A stretch of 63,412 nucleotides of DNA, filler included, from Reticulomyxa filosa (Eukaryota; Protista; Foraminifera), in assembly GCA_000512085.1 (NCBI GenBank). It is 17 parts of 17 records of this genome, joined end to end, with 100 filler letters (N's around TTAATTAATTAA, not from the genome) between each part and the next. Parts side by side here need not be neighbours in the genome. Positions count along the whole stretch, not along the records: positions 40,135 to 45,652 come from ASPP01024091.1; positions 45,753 to 47,824 come from ASPP01017831.1; positions 47,925 to 49,117 come from ASPP01036158.1; positions 49,218 to 54,805 come from ASPP01002810.1; 13 more parts are not named here. The stretch is one strand, 5' to 3'. Position numbers and translations under genes: made by a program. A model generated the notes under the pieces. The model did no database searches and was not told the DNA's origin. It saw only the letters and a program-made list of their open reading frames with translations. Within the stretch, counting starts at the first letter, position 1. Every line of letters begins with the position of its first letter. Below are positions 40,135 through 51,501 of this stretch, in pieces.

Positions 40135-42720
40135 TGGTGTTTCAGTTCCGAACGCCCAAGCCTCGCGAGCTGGAGAGTGGTGGTGGAGAAGGGTCTAAAT
40201 TGGGCAAGAATATAAAAGAGGAGAAGCAGTTGGCAAAGATTGAGTTTATCCCATCGAAGCGATCACAGAATGTACAAATAGCATTGCGAATGTTGAAGAA
40301 GACGAATGAAGAGATCCGAAAGGCGATTGTGGAAATGGATGAAACAGTGTTCATGGCAGAGACATTGGAAAAGTTTTTGGAAACAGCGCCGACCGAAGAC
40401 GAGCAACGACAAACAGAAAAGGAGGCGAACAAAGATGATATCAATCCGTTGAAGCAATTTGGCAAATGCGAATTGTTTTTTTATGTGTTGATCGACTTGC
40501 CTGACTTGCAAATGCGATTGCAATTGTGGCATTTCAAACTGTCGTTTAAAGGCAATCTATTTGAAAAGCATCAACAACTCAAGTCATTGGAAGACGCTTG
40601 TCAGGTGATCCGCAAATCCGAAGCGCTTCGCGAAATCTTGCAGATTGTGTTGGCGTGGGGGAATCATATGAACGGTGATACTCCTGCAGGACAGGCCTAT
40701 GGCTTTGACTTGGAGTCGCTGCACTTGCTCACCGGCGTCAAGACCTTTGACAACTCTTTGAATATGATGATGTTTCTGTACAAGTTCATTTATGAAAAAC
40801 AACCCAAGTTACTCAAGGTGTTTGACGAGCTGGCCGTTGTTCACATTGCATGCAAGATTGAAAGCGAAATGATCGAAAAATCGGTCAAGAAGGTCAAAGA
40901 CGATATGGACTTGCTCGATGCCACTCTCACTCGCTTTGAAGGCGACTACGAAGACGTCTTGCCCGTCAATGACAAGTTCATCCCTGTCATGAAAGAGTTC
41001 CAATCCAAATCCAATCCTGAAGTCAAAAAACTCTTGCAAAGGGCCAAAGATGTCAAAGACGCTTGCAACAAACTGGGGCTCTACTTTGCCTATGATCTCG
41101 AAAATCATCGCATTGAACAGCTCTTCACTATACTTAGCGATTTCATTCGAAATTTAGAAAAAGGAAGAGATGACCTGCACAAATTGGAAAAAGACCGTTA
41201 CTTATCTTCCTCTTTTTTTTTTTAAAAAAAAATTATACTACCCCCCCCCCCCCTTGTGTTCTCCCCCTTTTTTTTTTTTTGAAGTATGATGTACATAAAA
41301 TAGGTGAACGCAAACGCCAAAAAAAAAATGGAAAAAAATCAAAAAAGAAGAAAGAAAAAGCTACAGGTGAGAAAATACAAGAGATCAAAGAAAATGGAAT
41401 CCAAAAAAGAGAGGTGAAAGAAGAGAGAAGCATTTTGGATGATATCAAAACTCGAGTTTAAAATATACGTATACATTTTTTTTCTCCTTTCCCTCCCCTC
41501 ACTTCTCCACTGTTGATTTTATTGTTTGAATGCAATGGAAAGAGGGCCACTCGTGACATGATTCTGGCTCAAGTCGGAAGCAAACTGACCGCTTCGCTCC
41601 GCGAAAAATCAGAGCTGATTGAAGCAGTGAATAATGATACACTGATGCCGCAGCAATTTAAAGAAAATAATTTAAGGCGTAAATTGTCTGTTCAATATCA
41701 AGAATCAGTTGCGCAAGTAAAGAAAGTACCATTAGGGAGGATGAGACTGCCCACCATTGTTTCAAAAAAAGGATTGCCAATGCTACCCCCTGGCAATAAA
41801 AGCCAGAAAGGCGTATTTGGTCGCAGTGTTATGCAAAACTCTGCCATTGCTGCTCATGGAGCATATCATCCCCAGCCCTTCAAAAGCACTGCCAATACCG
41901 ATTCCTCACTTTCCTATCAACAACAAAAACAAGCCGCACAAGAGGCAGCCAAAGCTGTCAATATGGGACTCATAAGTTGATACATTCTTTTTTTTTTTAT
42001 ATTAATAATACATATTTTTCTCTCTTTTCTTTTTTTGGCCACTCTAGTCTTGCACTTATAAATCTAATTTGCAATTCCTATACAGGAAATGATAGCGCTG
42101 CGTCAGCACGCCAACGGTCGGATACCCCTGCGCGAGGCATTCCAACGATTATTTTACGAGCTTCCATGACGAGTGATGCGGATCAACACTCAGTCACCTC
42201 CAGCATGAGTGATCCATTAGAAGATGAAAGTGGAAGCTCCAAAAATAAACATGAAATCTCTATCACAAGCCCTGTCTCACAAAAAAATCGCAGCAAATCT
42301 CCCCCTTCGGATCGTAAAAAAAATAGCAAAAAAGATAACAAAACTCAAGCCTCCAATACGAAGAACAAACAGCTTGATCCTGTTATAGGTGTATCCAATG
42401 ATCAAAATTCCAATGACCCAACCAAAAGGTCCTCCAAAACAACGGCGCAATTATCCTTGGCTCCTCAAGAAGATCTGATCGTACCAGTAGTACCAGAAAA
42501 AAGCTTAGAAGTTGTCGATCTTACACCACAAGAATGGGAGGCACTGGAACGGAAAATTGGAGAAAGAGATCGTAGCACAGCCACGGCTTCGACTGATATC
42601 AGCTTTGCAAACGCTTTAGGTTCACCGAACCGAAGAGGTGCTGCCAGTAGAGACTCCAATATGTCAGAGAAAATTGATTCCACTCGGTTCAACACCACAG
42701 AGGAACGTTCATGGGATTGA
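40135..42720 (+). CDS. Formin (FH2 domain plus C-terminal tail), 5' truncated
   Basis: KRSQNVQIAL, APTEDE, LREILQIVLAWGNHMNG...AYGFDLESLHLLTGVK, LFTILSDFIRNL. Confidence 0.93.
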
Positions 42721-43589
42721 ATACCTATAATTTGTCTTGCTTGTTTGTCTTGTTTTTTTTCTTTTGTAAAGTTTTTTATATACAAAATTTTGCTGTGTTC
42801 TTATGTTGTTGTATGAAGAGTGCCAACAAACAAAGTATCAACGTTATTGCTTCTGTCATCACTTTGCATTAATTTTTCATCTCATTTGCACAAAAGAAGC
42901 AGAAATTGTTTTTTTTGTGAAAAAAATAGCCGCCAAAATGAATGTTGGTAATAATTTTAAATTAGTTTGTGATTAGGTGATGAAGTTGTTGCACATACAA
43001 TTATGATGAAATGGTTCATCTTCTAATTCAACAATGGAACGAAGCCTAAAATTGTTATAAAATCTCCCTTTTTTTTTATTGAATAATTTTATCAAAACAA
43101 TTTATGCCACAAAATGCACAAAAAAAATGCAATGTGTCTGCAAATAATCGCATCCAACATATTTCTTCATATTTCCCATCAACAAACCCCACTTCAAGGC
43201 AAAACTAGGTACTATTCTGCAAAAACTCAATATGTCATATCGACAACACAAACCAAAAAAACTCTTCCAAAACTCTTTAATTTATACATTTTGCAAAGAA
43301 CGCCCAAGTTTGCAATTTTTGGTTTTATTTTATTATTTCTTGTCGACATTGTGCATTGTTGGACCCAACAAAAGCCAAGGTGACAACCAAAAGAAAAAAG
43401 ATAGGGAAAAAAAAAGAGAAAAAACTTGCCGAGCACTTTTGTCTTTCTTTTTTTGAGTAAATCACTTTTTTTTTCTGCTCTTTTTTCCTTCTCTCAACTG
43501 CTTCTTTAGCAAAAGAAAAGTGAGAAACAAGGGATAAGAGTGAAGCGAAAGAAAAAAAGATTTACAATTCTTCTTCTTTTTATCATCTC

Positions 43590-45652
43590 ATCTTGTTAAT
43601 CGATCTGTACAAAGAAATTTGGTTTGTATGTATTTGACTTCAAATACAAAATATCTCATGGATGCTAATGTATTATTTATTTCATAAGTGTTTGAAGAAA
43701 AAAGTAAATTGTTAACAGCATCTTCGACTTCTTCATCTTCTGGAATCAACTATGTTCAAAATTCATAAAAACTTATACATGCACATAAAGAAGAGAGAAA
43801 AGCAAAATGTAGATAATACCTCATTTGCGCCATTATTCTGTTGCTTGGATTTTCTTTGTGTTTCTATTGTAACAACAGAAGAGTTTATTTTTTTTCCTCC
43901 CAAATGTGTAATGTTCATATATGCAAGCAAAAAAACAAACAAACTTGAAGGCCTTTTGTTATTGGTGTCTTCGTCAGAGTCAGCATCATCTTCATCCAAT
44001 GTTTGTGAGTGTGAACGATAAACATTCTTTTGTCGACTTGAAGCAGTCGAAGGAATATTGACCGAAGTAGAAGAAGTAAGAGGAGGAGGTACAGTAGCGT
44101 TTTCGTCATTTTTGTCGTCGTCGACCAAGGACGGTGGTGCATTAAGTATGACGCCCAAGTCCATGACGCCAGTTCCTTTGCGAGGGAACGAAGGCGCCGG
44201 AGGCTTTTTGCGATGTGTGGGTTGAGACTGACTCTTCACAAGCAAGTCGGGAATATCTGCCCGCGAGCCAGATCGAACTTTTTTGAAATTGGACACAAAT
44301 CCACTGACATTTTCCATTTTCCCGACATTGGTTTTCCCCATAGTCAAAGGCAAAGTAAATGATTCCTTGTCTTTGTCTTGTTCGTCCCCTGAGTTTGTTG
44401 GGCTTGATGTTAATTTTGTTTGTGATTGTTGAGGTTTGACTGTCAACCCGTTTATTTCTATTTTTTGGGGCGTTATTTCGGATTTTTTAAAATCTTTTTC
44501 TTTTTCCTTTTCCTTGGGAGATACTTTTGCTTTTGTAATTTCATTACTTTTGTTCTCATCTCCTTTTTTTTGACCATTCTCTTCTGTTTTAGCTTCAGCA
44601 TCAGCATTAGTATCATCTTCGTCTTCTTCATCATCATCGTCCTCCTCCTCCTCTTCATTGTCATTCTCGTTGTCATCATCATTATCATCATCATCATCAT
44701 CATCATCATCATCGTCAGCATCATTGTTATTGCCGTTGGCACTGTCACCGACGCCGTTGAACGCGGAGAGCATGGTTCTCTCTCGAATGAGGACAGGAGT
44801 GGATTTGGCAGAGGACGAAACGTCATCGGCGGGACGCAAGGGCCGTTTTTGCGGAACTCGATCCTCCAGCGGATCACCGCCTCGGTGAACTTGAGCAGCG
44901 ACTGACTGATCACGATGGCCTGTGCGCTGGAAATGTGCGAAGTGTCGTACAGATTGGGGGACAGCACTACGGCCATATTTTTGGCGTCCATGCGATTGAT
45001 ATCTTTGTGCTCGTACACTTCGACGACAAGATCGAGTAGCCATTCCAAAATGCTTTTGTAAGGCTCTCGAACAAACTTGTCCAAAATATCGACAATTTGT
45101 TGACTTGTCGTCGTCGTGGCGGATATTTTTTCCATTTGATCCATGGGCATCGAATGCAAGACTTTGATAGGCAGCTCTCGAAACCAAACTTTGATAGCAT
45201 TGGCGACGCAGTTGTGGTCCATGTCATTGTCAAACACATTAGCGTCGAGCCGTTTCCTGGCGATATCAAATTTCTTGCCGTCAGGTTGCAATCGAAAGAT
45301 GCCTTCTTGTCGGAGCCCATCTTTGGCCTTCAGACAGTCCTTGAGACGAACCAACAGCTGCGGGATGCGACTCGAGTAGTCGGGGAATTTGATTGTTCCG
45401 CGAATGCGCTCAATTGGAACGCCAAATTGGCATCCGACCTGTCTGCGCAACTCACGTTCGATGCGCAGTTCCATGGACAGTGAATGAAGCATACGTTGGT
45501 CCATTTTGAATTGAACGCGATTTTCCTTAAACTGTTTTTTTACTTGTTCGATCAACTGTTCAATCGGTTGTTGTTCTGCTTTAGGAATATTCTCTTCTTC
45601 TTTTTCTTTTTCTTCTTTTTTTCCTTCTTCTTTTTCTTCTTCTTCTTCTTCT
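43590..45652 (-). CDS. RhoGAP domain protein with acidic low-complexity tail, 5' truncated; frameshift near 44848
   Basis: QFGVPIE, IPQLL, GLRQEGIFRL (arginine finger), VANAIKVWFRELP, INRMDAKNMAVVLSPNL. Confidence 0.92.
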
Positions 45653-46786
45653 NNNNNNNNNNNNNNNNNNNNNNNNNNNNNNNNNNNNNNNNNNNNTTAA
45701 TTAATTAANNNNNNNNNNNNNNNNNNNNNNNNNNNNNNNNNNNNNNNNNNNNTCAACGTTAACACATGATAAAATCCAATTTAAAAGCAAAAACCTACTG
45801 AATCACAACAGTATTGAGTGTAAAATATTATTATAAACTATTCTTTATTTATTTTCTTTTTTTCACATTAATTAAAATTATAATTTTGTATATAATATTT
45901 GTGAAAAATAAAATTCAGGATCCAGTTATTCTATTATTTGTAGGATCCTTAAAATCAATTTTCTCTATAATTAAATTTTTTCTTCATTATTTGCAAAAAA
46001 CCAAATTTTAACATTTAAAAATATAATTTTTTAATTATTAAGTTATTTTTTTCTTAAGCTTTATGAATAATTTATTTCACTTTTATAAAATCATGCAAAT
46101 TATATATGAAAATGATTTAAAGTATTCTACAAATTATACAATATAAATAACTATTTTTCTAAATATTACTAAAAGAAAAAAACTATATGTATACATTATC
46201 TGAATCCTGAGTTTTTATCTATAGTAAAATCTGTAACAGAAAAGTATTTTTAAGGATCTGTATACAACTTGTTAAATGATATATACTTGGTTTTCTACGA
46301 CAAAGACAAGATAATGCTTGAATGCAATCGAAAGACATTTATTTAATTGTATATTTTGAATAATGCCGAATGGGAAAGATATGGAAAGAGAAAATGAACA
46401 AATTTTTTCTCTTGTGTCAAATTAGTATATATTCGTATTACAATTGTCACTTTTATTAGTTCGATCTTGTTCCGTTTACATCATCAAATAAAATATAATT
46501 CAATATCATTTTTATATCATTGTCATGCATGTATTTGTATAATAAAAAATAAATCTTTTTTTTACTTTTTTTGTGATTTGCTTCAATCTTAGTGATACTT
46601 TTGGAAAGGGAAGAAATGACTATAAACAAAGTGAAGTACAAGTATCGTACAAAGTGATTTACAAAGCGACAAACAAGACGACGTACTAAGTGACATACAA
46701 AGCGACTAACAATGTAAATCACAAACGGACAAAATGATAAACAAATTGATTATCAACAAAATAAAAAAAAACGAAATTTGAGCGTA

Positions 46787-47515
46787 ATGAAACAAGAAGA
46801 TCTATCAAGCAACAATGAATATATTGACAATAATGAAAGATATATACCAAGTGATGAAGAGCATGTTGACAATGATGAAAGTGATAATGAACAGATTGAC
46901 GAACAAATTGAAAAAAAGTTAAAAAATAAAATTTTCGACTGCAAGCAAAAAATTTGTTTTTAACATATCCACAATGTACGTTACAACATGAAGAATCGCT
47001 TGAAATATTGGAAAAAAAACTTCCAATCAATGAATATTTGATCGCTATGGAAAATCATATAAAAAGGACTACACCTGCATTGCTATATTAATTGTAAAAC
47101 GTTCAGCACATAGACTATGTTTGAATAGATTTCAAGTAAATTATCAAAGTTGCAGCAACTTATCAGCAGTTAAAAAATACTGTAGTAAGTAAAAAAACTA
47201 CATAACAAACATAACTGATTTTGCTATAACGAAACAATCATTAAAATTAGCTATATAATGAGATGTAGATATTGCAATTAATATAGTAATAAATGATCTG
47301 GTATTAGCTATAGATTACTTAAGAGATAGCTTACGTATATGGCAAAGTATAAAAAAATTGTCAAAAAGTAATAGTAAAATAACTAGAAATTATAAATTCA
47401 AACTGTAAATGGAATACCAAATTGTAACAGATCAAAACATGTGTTATGGTTACATGGAAAAACTAACAATGTCAAAACACAATTTGCAATACCCTTTTTG
47501 AAAAACGATTCATTA
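46787..47515 (+). mobile_element. rep: Endogenous, decayed CRESS-DNA virus/geminivirus-like Rep (HUH endonuclease plus SF3 helicase start)
   Basis: FRLQAKNLFLTYPQC (motif I, 46957-46977), GLHLHCYI (motif II, HLH 47072-47080, after a frameshift), NYQSCSNLSAVKKYCSK* (motif III, 47178-47189), VLWLHGKTNNVKTQFA (degenerate Walker A, 47441-47488), in canonical order. Confidence 0.88.
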
Positions 47516-49217
47516 AGAACAAAGTAAACAATTTTATGGTCTCCCGGAGCATTGAAAAAGAAAAAGAATCACAATCAGACTCTGACGAAAACTCCGTTCT
47601 CAATCAAAGTCTTTATATAAATAAAGAAGAAAGTGGTATGTGGTGTAACAATATCGGTAAACCAAAAGCGACCGAGAAACATCAGTCCAAAACAATCAAC
47701 TAGCAACAACGTATTGCTGAAGAGATCAAAAACTCATTAGCATAAGCACCAGCAAAATATCAGCACACGACAAAGTTCAACTATCAGCAACAAGAAAAAC
47801 AAAACCACAATTGACAACTCCAGANNNNNNNNNNNNNNNNNNNNNNNNNNNNNNNNNNNNNNNNNNNNTTAATTAATTAANNNNNNNNNNNNNNNNNNNN
47901 NNNNNNNNNNNNNNNNNNNNNNNNAACAAATAGAACAAAAAAAAAGAAACAAACTTTCTAAAAGCTTGAATAAAGGTTACCAACGCTAGTGGAGTTAAAG
48001 TTTGCTTCCCATTGCTAAGAGTTGTCATTTTTCAATTTCTTTGTTTTTTTGATTAAGATAGTATTTGATGACGTAAAATGGAAAATGATTGAGCTTTTTT
48101 CATCAAGAACAATGAAAGGGGCTCAACACGAAAGACTGAGTTTAACAGATTTCATAATTATGAAATAAAACCAAAATCAAAACCTTATTTAAAGATAGCA
48201 TAGTAAACAGATTCATAATTGTGCTTCTTACTATATTTTATAATGATTTTATCAAAATCATCGATCCATCCTAATTTCGTCTTTAAAGCTCAAGTCAATA
48301 TTGAACAATAAATTTATTTCATTTTTTGACTGTATTATTTATTATTTATTATTTTCAATCAGTTTCATACAATACAATTTATTTGTGTTTTATTAATAAA
48401 TAAATAAATCATTACCAACAGTGAAGATCCCATACACGCACTTTTGTCTTCATGTGAGTTGATAATGTGGTATATTTATCATCAATGATGTGTATATGAT
48501 TGACGCAATGTACTGGGTAAAATGTTTTGAAATGCCATCCATTTGCTTTCTCGAATTGAATATTTGTGCACTGACTTTGAAACAACAATACCAGTAATAC
48601 AATCCAAATTACATCCACCAAAGAATAAGATGATATCATTTATACACAGCAATTACAGAGAATATGTTAGATCGTTTGATCGTTACTTTGAAAGTTGAGA
48701 GGCAGCAATATTGTCAATTTTTACATTGGATGTTTGATATTGTTTGAGTCAGCTACCGCGACAGACAATATATTAACGCAGTTAGCTATTATTTTGGAGA
48801 ATGAGGAGGCTAAGGACATTCGCAGAAAAACGATGATAGTATTGAGCTCAATGGACCATGGGAATTCTGTTTGTATCTGTGCAAGACCGGAATTACAGGG
48901 AAGCTCTCTGGGAGACAAAGAAAGAAGACAACGTTTGGAAATGTTCTGAAATTGTCCCCTTAACCGCATCGTTGTGAAAATACAAGCATGGAAACATTTA
49001 CACACAAAACGTGTTCAATGAATCCGAAGAAGAAAAAGAAGAATTGAGCAAACAAAAAAAGCACTAAAATTGTTGAAAGCTTGATGCATACACCATACTA
49101 TCATAACTTTCAAAGTTNNNNNNNNNNNNNNNNNNNNNNNNNNNNNNNNNNNNNNNNNNNNTTAATTAATTAANNNNNNNNNNNNNNNNNNNNNNNNNNN
49201 NNNNNNNNNNNNNNNNN

Positions 49218-51054
49218 GGAAGAGATAAAAAATTCTCTGTCGTAATCGCAACCTGTAGCAAAATAGAAACCAACAACCAAAATAAGTGACATAATTGTAT
49301 CGATAATTGTTTCCAATCCTTTTTGCTTCTTGGTTTGCCCTTGTGGAGACCACTTGAAATGATTCAAGTTGATTTCATTGGGTCCGTCCTTTGAGTTGCC
49401 TTTATTTGCTTTTTTGTTGGCCTTATTACCTTGTTTTATCTGATCGACAAATTTGCTATAGTATTGCTGTGAGACATCAGTTTGCCCACATTGATAATAA
49501 ATATAGCTCGCGGCATAGTTTAAAATGACTGACAAGGGTTCTAATTGAACGGCTTCATGGACGTGGTCACGCACCAGAGTCCATTTTTCGTCATCCAATT
49601 TCTTCTGTGCCAATCCATTTTTCCATCTATGCCAACTGTCAGTTAGCCAATTTTTTAATTCTACAGAAATATTGCTCCAAGGATAGTTTTTGTCCAACAT
49701 AAGTACTGCACAACATCCGACGTGCGATATCAATTTATAACTGATGAGTTTTCTTTCGTATGTGTTGCAATGTTTGTATGGATATTGAAAAGGGAACAGA
49801 TCACGTTCTGGTGCGTTCTCTTCATTGATTCTTTTTTTATCTTTTTCTTCTTCATCATCTTCCGCTGCTGCATTGCTGTCCTCGGTACTGAAAATGGAAT
49901 TACCGGCCAATGAATTTTGTTTTTTCTTGCCACTGTTGTTGTTGCGATCATGACCACTTTCGGACTTTTTCGATTTTTTTTTTTTTTGTGATTGTCTTTC
50001 AGCTTTTTTGCGGTCCCATTTACACGATGAAATTCGACACGTTCGGCGATATACTTGTCCGAAGTCTCAATTAATTCCACAAACGTGTTGAATCCACTTT
50101 CATAATTGCCCATCATCGCATCCACACAAGCATGTTGCACTCGTAACAATCGATCCATTGGGCATTGTTTGGCAGCTGTGTTATCCAAAATACAGCCACA
50201 AACTTGCATCAAAAGCAAAAAACAAAAATTTTTTTTTTTTTTTTTTTTGTTAAGAATGACCTCTTTGAAACCACAAAAATGCTGTCTTAATATCATTGTG
50301 AACAAAAAATAAATGTCCAATGTAAAATGTATATAATGCTTGCCAACGAATCCATATCAATCTCCATTGAGCTTTTTCTTTCGCACTTTTGCCCTTTTTT
50401 TGTGGTTCTTGTTGCTCGTCCATGTCTCCTCCTCCTCCTCCTTTTGCTTCTTCTTGTTCTTCTTTTCCTCTTTCCTCTTTTGAGTCTTCCGTGTTCTTTT
50501 TCTTTTCTTCTTCCATCCATTGCAGTCCCATTTCATAATATTTTGTAACTTCTTCTTTCACTTCCTTGTCCCTATTTTTCAAAGCTATGAGCACTTTCAA
50601 ATAGTGCACCACAATATATATGTGTGGCAGACTGGCTGAAGAAGAAGAAGAAGTCGATGAAGGTGTCTCTGAAGTTACAAATGAAGAAAATGCGTCTCGT
50701 GCTGCTTTCAAATTGGAATACGGAGCGTAGCTTTCTTCCGAACTTGTCTTGGTAATGTTCGCATGCTTGTTTAAACAGAGGTTTTTTAATTGATTCTTTG
50801 TTTTATTTGGAAGCGACAAGTTTGACAAAAATGAGTCAAATTCTTCAATCAGGTTTAACGCATAACTTTGCCGATAATTGTTAAATAAAAAAAGTAACAA
50901 TTGCACTGGGTGTCCTGGACGATATTTCTGTTATTTGTTTTTGCTGCCCCTAGATCTCTTCATGTTTTAACAGCTTAGCCCAAAAAGACATTTTCACAAC
51001 ATATTCTTCTTAAAGATATAGCTGAGGAATAAAGAGTACCCACCTCTTCACCAT
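49218..51054 (-). CDS. Helical/TPR-like hypothetical protein, 3' truncated
   Basis: Exon ORFs 50250-50906, 49730-50320 and 49170-49910; EAVQLEPLSVILNYAASYIYYQCGQTDVSQQYYSK resembles a TPR. Confidence 0.55.
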
Positions 51055-51501
51055 GGAGAAAAAAACGGAAGACGTTTAACATGATATGTGATGAATATTT
51101 TCAATTCCTCAACAATTTCGAACTTATACTTTTAAAAAGACGTTCTGATTTGTATCACTAAAATTGTTACTTTGATAACTGCCGTGCCATCTGAAATTTT
51201 TCATAAAGTTAACTTTTCTCAAAATTAAAATTATGCATTTCAAAAATAAAACACGAGTACAAAGAGTAATACGAATCAATTTCTTTCTTTTCACTCAAAA
51301 GTGATACAATAAACTGGAAGTATTGCATAAACAGAATGAAAAGTTTTCAAAAATGAATTTTAATGTTGTTGTTATTAGTCGATGTTATACTCGTATTTTA
51401 TGTTCTCCGCGATTGGAACGAATAAATTCGAATTGTAACTTGTAATATACAATTTTGAAAGAAAAAAAAAGCAATAATAGTGTGCATTTCTCTACAAGCG
51501 T

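Noticed and set aside
48412-49005. Short WD40-like (VRVWD) and HEAT-like remnants
   Set aside because: Too short and degraded to support a call.
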